Of a stretch of 26,403 nucleotides of DNA, positions 16,335 to 26,403 are shown in pieces (positions within the stretch are counted from its first letter, which is position 1; each line of letters begins with the position of its first letter). The position numbers and the translations under genes are program-made. Source of the stretch: a virus. Lineage: Duplodnaviria; Caudoviricetes. The stretch spans positions 1 through 26,403 of IMG/VR virus record IMGVR_UViG_3300020413_000065; one strand, given 5' to 3'. The notes under the pieces are model-generated. The model saw only the letters and a program-made list of their open reading frames with translations. It was not told the origin of the DNA and did not search any database.

Positions 16335-16984
16335 AGATATACTGGTCATATAAGATAGGAGAGGATGGTGATCAATTCCCTCCTGAGTTTGTAGGTGCTC
16401 CAAAAAAATATTTGGCGGGGTATGATAACTCCTATGATCATTCTAAGTGCCCTGCATTCAAAGAATATTATAAGAATACATTTGTCATTGAACAACCATT
16501 TGACCTTGGCATCAAGTTTAAGGATAACAGATTAGAAACTAACCTACCACAGAAAGCATTTGATCAGTATTTTCATTTGTCAGAAACGTGGTTAGATGGT
16601 GAGTATCCTGAGATACAGATGATGTTCAACTGGTTTTTCTGGACAAAGAAGAAGGATGTATGGATCGAACAATTATCACCTGCAGCACTTTCAAGAGAAG
16701 GAATGGAGGTCGTTCAAGGGACGTTTCCTATATCTTCTTGGTTCCGTCCTATAGTTATAGGCATCAAATTATTAGATAACGATGTGTACATCCGAAAGGG
16801 CACACCAATTTCATTAATTCGGTTCCCCTGCAAAAGTTCGGTACAACTGGAACAACGTACACCACCTCCAGAACTATCATCCCAACTAAAGCAACAGAAC
16901 ACATTGAGACTCTTTGCAAAATTTAAAACTTGGGATATAATAATGAATAGGAATGACAAAGAGAAGAGGTGTCCTTTTAGATGA
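16331..16984 (+). CDS. Hypothetical protein (KCPAF...NTFVI type, possibly dUTPase-like beta fold)
   Basis: GTG start overlapping the ACP stop; motifs KCPAF, GTFPISSWFRP, IRKGTPI and C-terminal RCPF. Confidence 0.6.
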   Translation: MKIYWSYKIGEDGDQFPPEFVGAPKKYLAGYDNSYDHSKCPAFKEYYKNTFVIEQPFDLGIKFKDNRLETNLPQKAFDQYFHLSETWLDGEYPEIQMMFNWFFWTKKKDVWIEQLSPAALSREGMEVVQGTFPISSWFRPIVIGIKLLDNDVYIRKGTPISLIRFPCKSSVQLEQRTPPPELSSQLKQQNTLRLFAKFKTWDIIMNRNDKEKRCPFR

Positions 16985-17403
16985 ATAGAGATTTGTTTTG
17001 TAAATGGTTTGAGGGTAAGTTTGATAACTGGACTCAAGCAGCATCTAATCCTACAAAATGGGCACATATTATAGTAGAACATAAGAAGATAGGAGAATAT
17101 AAGTATTACACATCATCTAGGTATAGTTACATGGATGAACCGTACAGGGAGCAGGAAGTGGAAGTGACAGAACCTTCAGAGTTTGCACCGAACTTATTAA
17201 TAGTCAAAAACCCTGCGTGTGATATGTTATTCAAATTTCATATGGACAACTATATGTTCTATGGAGAGTCAGGAGAGGGGTGTATGTGGAAGGACAGACC
17301 ATTGATAAGTAACGTTAAATTATTTGAGAATGCATACCATACATGGGACAAAGGTTACTGGGAAGGGAGTGAAGGATATTTCACCTTTGATAAGGTTGTA
17401 TAA
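16981..17403 (+). CDS. cpeT: CpeT/CpcT-type phycobiliprotein lyase
   Basis: WFEGKFDNWTQAASNPTKWAHI, PYRE, CDMLF, WDKGY..GSEGYFTFDK. Confidence 0.85.
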   Translation: MNRDLFCKWFEGKFDNWTQAASNPTKWAHIIVEHKKIGEYKYYTSSRYSYMDEPYREQEVEVTEPSEFAPNLLIVKNPACDMLFKFHMDNYMFYGESGEGCMWKDRPLISNVKLFENAYHTWDKGYWEGSEGYFTFDKVV

Positions 17404-17406
17404 ATA
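17399..17406 (+). promoter_or_regulatory. T4-type late promoter for the fibre cluster
   Basis: Perfect TATAAATA overlapping the cpeT stop, 28 nt before ATG 17435. Confidence 0.82.
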
Positions 17407-17434
17407 CTCTTGATAGTTTTATTGTCTATCAATA

Positions 17435-19042
17435 ATGGCAACAAGAAAGATATCTGATCTTACATTATTGACTAGTGGAAACGTATCATCATCTGATACT
17501 CTTTTACTTCTTGATAACTCAGACCCAACAGATCAAAATAAACGAACTGCTATAGGCAGTATATTTAAAGCAGTACCATCTGGTACATATACTTCACCTG
17601 GCGTTCAGTTTGAAGGTAAGACTTCGACTGGTGTGTTTTCAACAACACAAGGTCAAGTTGGACTTGCAATGGGAGATGCTAGACTCAATCTTCAAAAGGT
17701 TGGAACTACACTCAACATTCAAGCAAGAGATAGTGCTGACACTAACTTAGACTTCACAATATCTGCACAGGGAACTGGTAAGATACGTTTAGGTTCTATC
17801 TTAGCAATTAACGATTTAAATTTTATTATACCTAACTCTTCTGACGAGACAAAGGTAGCAAGATTTAGTACAGCATCCATACCAGCAGGAGTCCAGCACA
17901 CTTACGTGTTACCTTCTAACGGTGCAGCAGCAGCATCTGACACTATAGTCACTTTAACTGCAACTCAGACATTATCTAATAAGACGATAGCAAGTCCAGT
18001 GTTTACTGGTGCAGTAACAGTTAGTGATATATCAATTGGTGGTAATACAACAATCGGTGATGAATCATCAGATAGTCTGACTGTCAATGCAGCATCAATA
18101 TTTGCTTCATCTACTACTTTTAATAATACATTTATTGTTAATCAAGGTGCAACTGTTACTGGTGATCTTAACATAAACGATCATCTTGAGATGGTTGATG
18201 ATAAACAGATTAAGTTAGGAACTGATGATGATTTTCTTATATCGTATACTAATGCTACTAATTTAGCAACTATCACGACTACTGCATCACAACTCCTTCT
18301 TTATGCACCATCCGTTACATTGCAGGATAGCGGTGGTAATAAGTATTTTAAAGGAAATACTACAGACACTAACATATATCATGGTGGAGATGGATCTGCA
18401 CGTATATCAACAACTGCAACAGGTATTTCAATTGGAGGAGCAATAGATGCTGTCACATCTATCACAAGCACTGGCAACATCGCTGTTGCTACTGACAAGT
18501 TTACTCTGGATAGCACTAATGGCAACGCTGTATTCGGGGGTAACATTACAGGTGGGGGTAACATTACCGCAACATCTGGAACGAACTTCGAGTTTGGTTC
18601 CGTCAACGGGGGAGCAACCAATGTCGGTATTGGTCGTACAGCATCCTCGTATAATCTAGAGGTTGAGGGAACTATATATGCTACAGGGTCTACCATTATC
18701 GCTGGTAATGGATCTGCGGGTAAGTTCATCCTTCAAAAGGGTGCTGCTGGTATAGGGTTACACTTTACTGACAACACAGGAACAGACCAAGCAGTGCTAG
18801 ATTCTGGGGGTAACTTTGGTATAGGTAAATCACCTTCTAATAAGTTTGATGTATCTGGTAATTCCAATATTGATGGTGACCTATCAATAACTACAACCAA
18901 CCCTGCAGCAGGGACAGGTGGTAAGATAACTGCAAGAGAAATAATTCTTACAGATCCAGTCACATCAACCACATCCACATTAAACGCACAAACATCTGGA
19001 GGCGTATCCAGAGCAAGAGTTTATTTTCAATCATTCAATTAA
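17435..19042 (+). CDS. Tail-fibre-like structural protein
   Basis: MATRKISDLT start, TQTLSNKTI, GNTTIGDESSDSLTVNA, GNFGIGKSPSNKFDVSGN fibre repeats; Thr/Gly/Ser-rich. Confidence 0.75.
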   Translation: MATRKISDLTLLTSGNVSSSDTLLLLDNSDPTDQNKRTAIGSIFKAVPSGTYTSPGVQFEGKTSTGVFSTTQGQVGLAMGDARLNLQKVGTTLNIQARDSADTNLDFTISAQGTGKIRLGSILAINDLNFIIPNSSDETKVARFSTASIPAGVQHTYVLPSNGAAAASDTIVTLTATQTLSNKTIASPVFTGAVTVSDISIGGNTTIGDESSDSLTVNAASIFASSTTFNNTFIVNQGATVTGDLNINDHLEMVDDKQIKLGTDDDFLISYTNATNLATITTTASQLLLYAPSVTLQDSGGNKYFKGNTTDTNIYHGGDGSARISTTATGISIGGAIDAVTSITSTGNIAVATDKFTLDSTNGNAVFGGNITGGGNITATSGTNFEFGSVNGGATNVGIGRTASSYNLEVEGTIYATGSTIIAGNGSAGKFILQKGAAGIGLHFTDNTGTDQAVLDSGGNFGIGKSPSNKFDVSGNSNIDGDLSITTTNPAAGTGGKITAREIILTDPVTSTTSTLNAQTSGGVSRARVYFQSFN

Positions 19043-19048
19043 TTAACC

Positions 19049-20077
19049 ATGGCGACTAAACAGAATGGTGTATTGGGGACATTTACTCCAACTGTAACTG
19101 GCTACACAAATTTCACTGTAGCAGCTAATAGCACCAAATTAACAACAACAGGATTTCCATTTTACACGTGTCCAGGTGCAACCTTGGCAAGTGGTAAATT
19201 AGTGATTGCAAATAATACTGGCGGTTCATTGAACGTAGATGTAGGTATAGTTGAAGCAACAGATATAGTACAGTTCGATGCATTATCAGCACAACCTAAT
19301 GACCCTAACACAAGTGCATCATACTTAAACTATGGTTCATTTTCTTTTGGTGCTAACGCACAACAGAGTTCAATTGTTATTGAGGGTGCTGCTGGTTCTG
19401 GTACATTCCAAGCTAATGAAGATGTAACATGGACTAATACCAACAGAGGTGCTGGTGCTGCTGCTAACATGACAGCGAAAGTAAGATATTGGGATGCAGT
19501 AAATAAAAAATTATGGATATATAGTGCGACTCATCCTTTAGCACTTGATCTTCCTTCTGGTGACACTACATTTACAGGTGGTACATCTGGTGCAACCTTA
19601 CTAGTTGGTACTTCACACGCTGGTACAGCTGGGTTTGCAGGGTGGTCAGGTAAATCAAGATACTATGATGGACTAAATGGCACACTCTACCTTCAAAACT
19701 ATGAGTTTAAAAACAATCTTGACTATACTCAGATTGGTGACTTTACTAATGAACATCGTGAGACAACGAATAATAACCTCAACAGATCACTCGCAAGAAT
19801 CTGGAGACCAGTAGCAACAACAAGCACACGCTTCGCTGCAGCTGGTAACACAACACCAACCACTGAATTTATTGATAATAATGGTGTTGAATTACTTGTA
19901 TCTTCTGTGAGTAAAATTGCTGCAGAGCAATACTTAGTTAAACAAAAGGCAGTAGCAGATGCTTCTGTATATGAAGTTACTGGTATCGTGCTTGGTGAAT
20001 ACCAATCACTCTTCGTTAATTGCAGTGGAGCAGTATCCTGCACCTTCATTGGTTTTGAAGAAGCTGCTGAAACATAA
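19049..20077 (+). CDS. Virion structural protein (fibre-associated)
   Basis: Beta-rich T/G/A composition, C-terminal TGIVL...L.V......FIGFEE pattern; inside the late fibre cluster. Confidence 0.6.
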   Translation: MATKQNGVLGTFTPTVTGYTNFTVAANSTKLTTTGFPFYTCPGATLASGKLVIANNTGGSLNVDVGIVEATDIVQFDALSAQPNDPNTSASYLNYGSFSFGANAQQSSIVIEGAAGSGTFQANEDVTWTNTNRGAGAAANMTAKVRYWDAVNKKLWIYSATHPLALDLPSGDTTFTGGTSGATLLVGTSHAGTAGFAGWSGKSRYYDGLNGTLYLQNYEFKNNLDYTQIGDFTNEHRETTNNNLNRSLARIWRPVATTSTRFAAAGNTTPTTEFIDNNGVELLVSSVSKIAAEQYLVKQKAVADASVYEVTGIVLGEYQSLFVNCSGAVSCTFIGFEEAAET

Positions 20078-20093
20078 ATCATCAAACAATTAA

Positions 20094-23000
20094 ATGGCAC
20101 TAACAAGATTAAAAAACGTCTTCACGTCAAAAACTGGACGTTGTTTATACGTCAACTCAGATGATTTTGATGCATCTGATGCATTTGACAACAGAGGTAA
20201 CTCACCTAACAGACCCTTTAAAAGTATACAAAGGGCACTGTTAGAAGCTGCTAGATTTTCATATAGAAGTGGACAATATAATGACGCATTTGAAGCATTT
20301 AGTATAGTACTATATCCTGGCGATTACGTTATTGACAACAGACCAGGCACAAATACAACTGGACAGGCATTTATCCCATCTGATATCGCTGAATTAAGTG
20401 CTGCTAGTGATATGAATCTTATAGATTCTAGCGGTAATCCTAATCCAAACAACGTATTATATAAATTTAACTCTGTAGAAGGTGGTCTTGTAGTACCTAG
20501 AGGTACATCTATCGTAGGTATGGACTTACGTAAGACAAAGTTACGTCCTTTATATGTTCCTGATCCCGCTGCTGGTGCAATCAATCCTAGTGCGATCTTC
20601 CGTGTGACAGGTGGTTGTTACTTCTGGCAGTTTAGTTTCTTTGATGGTCCTAGCACAGGTGTATACAAAGATCCTGCACAACCCAGTGCATCTTCACCTC
20701 CAACATATTCTCACCATAAACTAACATGTTTTGAATATGCTGATGGTAAGAACACACAAAGCGGTATCAATGACACTGCTGGTAACGCATTGACTGTTAC
20801 TGACCTAGACTTATACTATCAAAAGGTAGCTAAAGCATTTACAGATATTCCTGATAGTACAAGTGTCATAACTGCTGATGATTTACAAAAAAGAATTGAA
20901 GAAAATAGAATTGTAGGTCCTAATACTTCAGGTCCTAAAACTATTAATAGTGTAGTTACTGACTATATTAGCACAAACGTATTCACAACAACTGCTGAGG
21001 TAACAACATCTGATGCTCACGGGTTCTCTGTTGGAACTCCCGTACTAATCAGTGGTGTGACTGGAACTGATGCTGATAGATTCAATGGATCATATTATAT
21101 TAGTGAGATCCCAACAACAACTACATTCAGATATGTTATCAAGAACCCTTCTACTGGTGCTCCATCTGGTAACCCGACTGCAACTAACGCAACTGTTGAG
21201 GTAGAAGTAGATAACGTTGATAGTTCATCACCATATATCTTTAACATATCTCTTCGTTCTACTTGGGGTATGCAGGGTATGCATGCTGATGGTAGCAAGT
21301 CAACTGGTTTCAAATCTATGGTTGTTGCCCAGTTTACTGGTGTATCACTACAGAAAGACGACAACGCATTCATTAAGTGGGATGGATCAGCATATATTGC
21401 TGGATCACACACTGATGGAGATAGTATATTCAAAGCATCTTATAGGAACTTCCATGTTAAATGCTCTAATGATGCAGTTATCCAAGCTGTTTCTGTTTTC
21501 GCTGTTGGTTTCGCTGATCATTTCGTTGCCACTGGTGGTGGCGACCAATCAATTACCAACTCTAACTCTAACTTCGGATCTTGTGCCCTAAGAGCAAAAG
21601 GATTCAAGAGTGCACCATTTACTCAAGATAAAGCTGGTAAGATAACACACGTCATACCTCCACAAAAGTTAGCAAGAACATATGCAACTGTCAGTGGGTA
21701 TACATTTAATATTACACAGAACAATAAGAGTGTAACTGTCAGTCCAGCTAACACCAGCCATGGTATCGTTGTTGGTGACTATGTTAGATTCAATACTATT
21801 GACAACATAGAAACATATAAAGTTGATGCAGTAACCTCAGGCAATGGTGCATTGACATTAAACAGAGGATATAGAGGAGGAAGCAATAGCTCAGAGACTG
21901 CATACAAAGGTACAGTCAATACAATACCTGTTGGATATGTTGCTCTTGATGTACAAAAAATACAGTACAACTCTTCTACAAATAATATTACATGGACATC
22001 TGGTGGATCATTCAATACGGATCAAGGACAGTACAGTTGTGTTTACAATGGTAACACATACTATTCTGCAACCTTAGCTGGATCCTCAGGTACAATTCAA
22101 GCGGGTGCTACTGCACCAACACATACAAGCGGTAGTGCATCTGATGATGTCCTTGTATGGACTTATGCAGGTCCTGTAAACACTAGAGTATATCTCTATG
22201 GATATAATTCTGCTGCTACAAAACCACCATACAAACTACAAGGTTTTAGTATTGGTGCTAAGAAACAAGATATATTATATGTCTCACTAATCAGTGGATC
22301 AACAACAGGCACATATGCTGCTCTGATATCTCCTGACAATAGCACATCTCCTACTGATACTGCATATACTAATGTGACAGTTCAGTCATTCACACCTGGC
22401 GACCCTAATCATCCACTACAATTCTCTACTGAACTTGGATGTTGGTATGTAAGGGTGACAGCTGCAACAAGTACATCATCATCCGCTAGTGCAACAACAG
22501 GATATGCTGGTATACACTATCATCTAGCAAACGAATCATTCTATGCTGACTCACTGTTCAGTGGTGCATCATATCTACAACGTATTCCTGACAACAGATC
22601 ATCTAGAGATAGGACATATAGATTACGTTATGAAGTAGATAGTTCAGCTGCTGCTCTTTCAAGAGAACCTATCAATGGTTATGTTATACAACCTAGAAAC
22701 GTACCTACAGGTCAGTCATATGGATCTGTATATTTCATCTATGATATTAAAACTGAGCAAGAACTTGTTAAATCACAAACGCCTGGTATTTACTACATCA
22801 CTGTCATCAAGGGTAGTATATCACCAACCAATGCAAATGTAAGTTCATTCTCATTCTCTCAGAATATTAATAACTTATATCCTGAGTTGGATAAGGACAA
22901 CCCTACTGAAGATCCTAACGAAGCAACATCTATTGCAAGTAATACTACTATTGGTTTGGTTGAGACAACTGACGGTACATCTGAAGATAAGTCATTATCA

Positions 23001-24746
23001 ATTACTAAAGAGGCTATCGGTGATTTTATTATAGAAACAAGAAACAACTACACTAACGCATCTACGACTGACTCTGCTGTTGCTAACTACATCACACTTG
23101 AAGCAAGAGATGGTGAAGCAAGAGAAATAGACACAACATCAAGAATGGTACCCGTAAATGCAACGGGTGGAACGGACACAGAACTTAGAAGACCTAGTAT
23201 TCTAAGATCTGGCAACCATACATTTGAATACGTTGGTTTCGGACCTGGTAACTATTCAACTGGTCTACCTTCAGTACAGAACAGAGTTCTTACCGAAGCA
23301 GAGACACTCTTGTCACAGTCACAGAAAGAAGACGGTGGTATCGCATTCTACTCTGGTCTTAATAGTAACGGTGACTTGTTTATTGGTAACACTAGAATAT
23401 CTGCTGTTACTGGTGAGGAAGCATCACTTGATACTCCTACATTATCAATCGTTGGTGAGACTGCAAACTTACGTCCTGTATTTGATGAGATTATTATCAG
23501 AGACAAGATTACAGTTGAAGATACACAGTTAGAGAGTGAGTTCAAAGGATACGTTAAGATTAGACAAGACGCATCTATTGATAAAAATTTATCTTGTGCT
23601 GACTTAACTATCAAGGGTGAGGCTGCAAACAACGAAGCAGAGAAGAAATTCAACATTGTAACAGGCACACCAAGCACTGCAGATGCAGCGAACACAGGAG
23701 ACATTTCATACTTAGGTAATATAACTGCTGGTAATCATCTTGGATTCTACTGGACTGGTGCTGCATGGGCAAAGTTTGGTTTATCTGACACTGGTAACTT
23801 ACAAATTACTGGTGGTTCTGCTAGTGGTTCATCATGGAATGATGGTACAGGAGACTTACAACTTAAGAACGGACTAGGTATTGACATTCAATCTACTGGA
23901 ACACTTAATGTTAACAGTGGTGCTACTACACTTGGTGGTAATCTAACAGTCTCAGGTAACACACAGAATGAAGGAACACTGACTGTTGATAACGATTTCA
24001 AAGTTAGAGATACATCAAATGTTGATAAGGTTACTGTAACTGCAGCATCTGGTAATATCGTTACTGCAGGTAGTCTGACTGTTAATAGTAATACAACTCT
24101 AGGTAATCAATCAACGGATAGATTAACAATAACAGCACAAATAAATGCTGACGTTGATCCATCTTCTAATGGAGCATATGATTTAGGACAGACTAACCTT
24201 AAATGGAAAGACATCTACTTATCTGGTACAGTGTATGCTAGTACTATAACTGCTACAACTGTTAACGGTGCTATTAGCGGTGACGTAACTGGTAACATAA
24301 CTGGTTCATCTGGATCTTGTACTGGTAACTCTCTGACTGCAACCACATTGCAGAATGCTAGAAATATTGGTGGTGTGTCGTTCAACGGTGGTGCTGACAT
24401 TAATCTACCTGGCGTCAACGCTGCAGGAAACCAAGATACATCTGGTAATGCAGGATCTGCAACTCAAGTATACATCACTGAGACAACAACAGCACAGAAC
24501 TATCCTATTGTATTCACTAACTCCACAGTTACACAGAACTCTGGTAACATGGGATTGCAGAAAGATGATGGATCTCTTTACTTTAATCCAAGTGCTAACA
24601 CATTGACAGTATCAACTATTGCTTGTGCTAACATAACTTCAACTAATGGATTCGGTACAGCATCACAAAACGCATATGGTGTAAGGACAGTATCAACTGG
24701 TAACCCTTCGGGTGGAAACGATGGAGACATCTGGTATAAGTACTAA
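20094..24746 (+). CDS. Long tail fibre protein (1550 aa)
   Basis: MALTRL, RGNSPNRPFKSIQRALLEAARFSY, VPRGTSIVGMDLRKTK, GGDQSITNSNSNFG, LRRPSILRSGNHTFEYVGFGPGNYSTGLP; distal ARNIGGVSFNGGADINLPGVN; ends PSGGNDGDIWYKY. Confidence 0.88.
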   Translation: MALTRLKNVFTSKTGRCLYVNSDDFDASDAFDNRGNSPNRPFKSIQRALLEAARFSYRSGQYNDAFEAFSIVLYPGDYVIDNRPGTNTTGQAFIPSDIAELSAASDMNLIDSSGNPNPNNVLYKFNSVEGGLVVPRGTSIVGMDLRKTKLRPLYVPDPAAGAINPSAIFRVTGGCYFWQFSFFDGPSTGVYKDPAQPSASSPPTYSHHKLTCFEYADGKNTQSGINDTAGNALTVTDLDLYYQKVAKAFTDIPDSTSVITADDLQKRIEENRIVGPNTSGPKTINSVVTDYISTNVFTTTAEVTTSDAHGFSVGTPVLISGVTGTDADRFNGSYYISEIPTTTTFRYVIKNPSTGAPSGNPTATNATVEVEVDNVDSSSPYIFNISLRSTWGMQGMHADGSKSTGFKSMVVAQFTGVSLQKDDNAFIKWDGSAYIAGSHTDGDSIFKASYRNFHVKCSNDAVIQAVSVFAVGFADHFVATGGGDQSITNSNSNFGSCALRAKGFKSAPFTQDKAGKITHVIPPQKLARTYATVSGYTFNITQNNKSVTVSPANTSHGIVVGDYVRFNTIDNIETYKVDAVTSGNGALTLNRGYRGGSNSSETAYKGTVNTIPVGYVALDVQKIQYNSSTNNITWTSGGSFNTDQGQYSCVYNGNTYYSATLAGSSGTIQAGATAPTHTSGSASDDVLVWTYAGPVNTRVYLYGYNSAATKPPYKLQGFSIGAKKQDILYVSLISGSTTGTYAALISPDNSTSPTDTAYTNVTVQSFTPGDPNHPLQFSTELGCWYVRVTAATSTSSSASATTGYAGIHYHLANESFYADSLFSGASYLQRIPDNRSSRDRTYRLRYEVDSSAAALSREPINGYVIQPRNVPTGQSYGSVYFIYDIKTEQELVKSQTPGIYYITVIKGSISPTNANVSSFSFSQNINNLYPELDKDNPTEDPNEATSIASNTTIGLVETTDGTSEDKSLSITKEAIGDFIIETRNNYTNASTTDSAVANYITLEARDGEAREIDTTSRMVPVNATGGTDTELRRPSILRSGNHTFEYVGFGPGNYSTGLPSVQNRVLTEAETLLSQSQKEDGGIAFYSGLNSNGDLFIGNTRISAVTGEEASLDTPTLSIVGETANLRPVFDEIIIRDKITVEDTQLESEFKGYVKIRQDASIDKNLSCADLTIKGEAANNEAEKKFNIVTGTPSTADAANTGDISYLGNITAGNHLGFYWTGAAWAKFGLSDTGNLQITGGSASGSSWNDGTGDLQLKNGLGIDIQSTGTLNVNSGATTLGGNLTVSGNTQNEGTLTVDNDFKVRDTSNVDKVTVTAASGNIVTAGSLTVNSNTTLGNQSTDRLTITAQINADVDPSSNGAYDLGQTNLKWKDIYLSGTVYASTITATTVNGAISGDVTGNITGSSGSCTGNSLTATTLQNARNIGGVSFNGGADINLPGVNAAGNQDTSGNAGSATQVYITETTTAQNYPIVFTNSTVTQNSGNMGLQKDDGSLYFNPSANTLTVSTIACANITSTNGFGTASQNAYGVRTVSTGNPSGGNDGDIWYKY

Positions 24747-24762
24747 TAGGATAGAATAAATT

Positions 24763-25686
24763 ATGGCAGTACCATATAATACTACGGTAACAGGCACTAG
24801 CATTCGTGATGCTCTTGGTGGGCATATGCGAATTAAACAAGGTGGAACTTGGCAACATGCTGAGGATGTACAGGTAAAACATAGTGGATCTTGGCGTGAT
24901 ACAAAAGAGGTATGGGTTAAACACTCAGGGTCATGGAGACTAGTACACGAGGGTGAACACTTTTTATTCAGTGCCGAGGTAACCAATACTGTCAATGGAG
25001 AGTTTAGTCTACCTAGCTGGATCTCTGGTCAGGGATATGGTGGTAATAAGATAAAAGGTTTGTTGACTATTGGTAGTGCAACCAATGCTAACATCACAAA
25101 TGTTGTACGTAATCAGGTAAACTTAGGTAACTTCTCATCTGATTCTAAAGTATATCTTAGAATCAATATGAACAATAGAATCACTGGTAACGGTGGTAAT
25201 GGTGGAGCACGTGGTGGTAACAACGGTGGAAATGGTCAACGAGCACTATATACTAGAACTAATTTTATTCTAGACAACGCTGGAACCATTGCTGGTGGTG
25301 GAGGTGGCGGTGCTGGTGGCAACAATGCTCAATGCACATATACTAATACATATTATTATGGTTGTATGAAAGGTCAGCAATGTCCTGGTCAAGACATACA
25401 ATATTCTGCTTCCAATGGTGGCGGTGGCGGTGGCGGTGCTGGATATCCTGCTGGTAACGGTGGTGGTGATGGTGCACAAAACGGTCAACAATGGGATGGC
25501 GGTGGAGGCGGTGGCAACGGTGGTTGCGGTGCTAACTCTGGTGGTGGAGGTGGAAACCTCGGTCAAGCAGGACAAAATGCGGGTGGCACAGCTGGGTCAG
25601 CTGGCACAGGTATTGATGGGTGGTCATATAGGATTGCTCAATCAGGCAACAACGACGGAGACATCCGTGGAGCAAAAATTAACTAA
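24763..25686 (+). CDS. Glycine-rich adhesin, similar to T-even gp38 receptor-recognition protein
   Basis: Trp-containing N-terminal repeats (KQGGTW, KHSGSWR twice); polyglycine motifs ITGNGGNGG, NAGTIAGGGGGGAGG, GGGGGGGAG; ends GDIRG; directly follows the long fibre. Confidence 0.75.
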   Translation: MAVPYNTTVTGTSIRDALGGHMRIKQGGTWQHAEDVQVKHSGSWRDTKEVWVKHSGSWRLVHEGEHFLFSAEVTNTVNGEFSLPSWISGQGYGGNKIKGLLTIGSATNANITNVVRNQVNLGNFSSDSKVYLRINMNNRITGNGGNGGARGGNNGGNGQRALYTRTNFILDNAGTIAGGGGGGAGGNNAQCTYTNTYYYGCMKGQQCPGQDIQYSASNGGGGGGGAGYPAGNGGGDGAQNGQQWDGGGGGGNGGCGANSGGGGGNLGQAGQNAGGTAGSAGTGIDGWSYRIAQSGNNDGDIRGAKIN

Positions 25687-25694
25687 CAAAAATT

Positions 25695-26168
25695 ATGTCT
25701 ATTCAAGATATAGATCCACAATTTAGATTGGATTCAGAGGTCGCTCCTACTTTCGTAGTTAAAAACTATGACGTAGAGACAGGAGAGTTTAGTGTCTTTT
25801 ATAATGATGGCACATTAAATGATGATGAGTGGTATGGTCCTCTCGCAATGGATTTAGATTCATTGAAACCAGAGACAGAAGAACCACTGATGTTTCAAAT
25901 TGCAGAGCAAGTATATAATGCAGTTACGAGAAGTAGATTAGCAGAGTGTGATATGTCATCTACTCAATTAGTATTGAGTGGTATGTTAGGTATCGAACAG
26001 TCAGTTCCTATGGAAGACTTTATGAAGCATAAAGAAACCATGGCAAAGAAGAATGAAGTACACACAGACCCAATATTATCAGCAACAACTATAACAAGTA
26101 TATACAGTGAAGATGACTTCGATGCTGACTTCGAGGCTATGTCTGCTGCAATGAATTCAGAGAGCTAA
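25695..26168 (+). CDS. Hypothetical acidic protein (possible fibre-associated chaperone)
   Basis: 157-aa ORF directly after the adhesin; VKNYD.ETG...V.Y motif. Confidence 0.6.
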   Translation: MSIQDIDPQFRLDSEVAPTFVVKNYDVETGEFSVFYNDGTLNDDEWYGPLAMDLDSLKPETEEPLMFQIAEQVYNAVTRSRLAECDMSSTQLVLSGMLGIEQSVPMEDFMKHKETMAKKNEVHTDPILSATTITSIYSEDDFDADFEAMSAAMNSES

Positions 26169-26403
26169 TGTATCAACTTGCAAATACACCTGATCATAGA
26201 ATAGCACAATATACTTTTGGTAAGAGTATATCACAGTTTGGTATGACTGTTTTTAGTTGTAACAAGGCAAGAGAAGGTAAAAAGATATTTGGTAATGACC
26301 CTGATCCTGAGAGGGAATATGTATTGGACAGTCAGACTGACCTTGTAAACGCACATATAGCAGCAAATCCTGATGGTAAGGTTGCTGCAATGGAAGAAGT
26401 AAT
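26168..26403 (+). CDS. Hypothetical protein, 3'-truncated by the window edge
   Basis: TAATG overlap; open to the end of the window: MYQLANTPDHRIAQYTFGKSISQFGMTVFSCNKAREGKKIFGNDPDPERE... Confidence 0.72.
   Translation, partial: MYQLANTPDHRIAQYTFGKSISQFGMTVFSCNKAREGKKIFGNDPDPEREYVLDSQTDLVNAHIAANPDGKVAAMEEV

Noticed and set aside
25291-25319. Two GCTGGTGG (E. coli Chi) octamers in the adhesin gene
   Set aside because: Expected from Ala-Gly-Gly codons, and this Chi sequence is not known to apply to cyanobacterial hosts.
24600-25686. Diversity-generating retroelement target in the fibre tip or adhesin
   Set aside because: No reverse transcriptase and no adenine-mismatched template repeat seen in this window.

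Overview
AT-rich segment of a T4-like marine cyanomyovirus genome, host probably Prochlorococcus or Synechococcus (inferred from pebS and cpeT). From left to right: the 3' part of pebS; a composite early/late promoter and a ~170-nt structured RNA (manA-like) ahead of gene 32 (SSB); a flavin-dependent halogenase; a minus-strand operon (4, 2, 48, 53); a divergent plus-strand baseplate/tail operon (54-like, 26, 51, two tape-measure-like proteins, the first with an M15 peptidase domain, a 27-like hub, and gp5 split in two); a small cassette with its own sigma70-like promoter (small ORF, acyl carrier protein, hypothetical, cpeT); and a late-promoter tail-fibre cluster that includes a glycine-rich gp38-like adhesin. 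The top observation is a canonical -1 frameshift signal (T TTT TTC, short spacer, 8-bp hairpin) that would fuse gp26 to gp51. It sits between a tube-like gene and the tape-measure-like gene, the same layout as lambda G/GT chaperones. All family calls come from recalled motifs and gene order, not from database searches.
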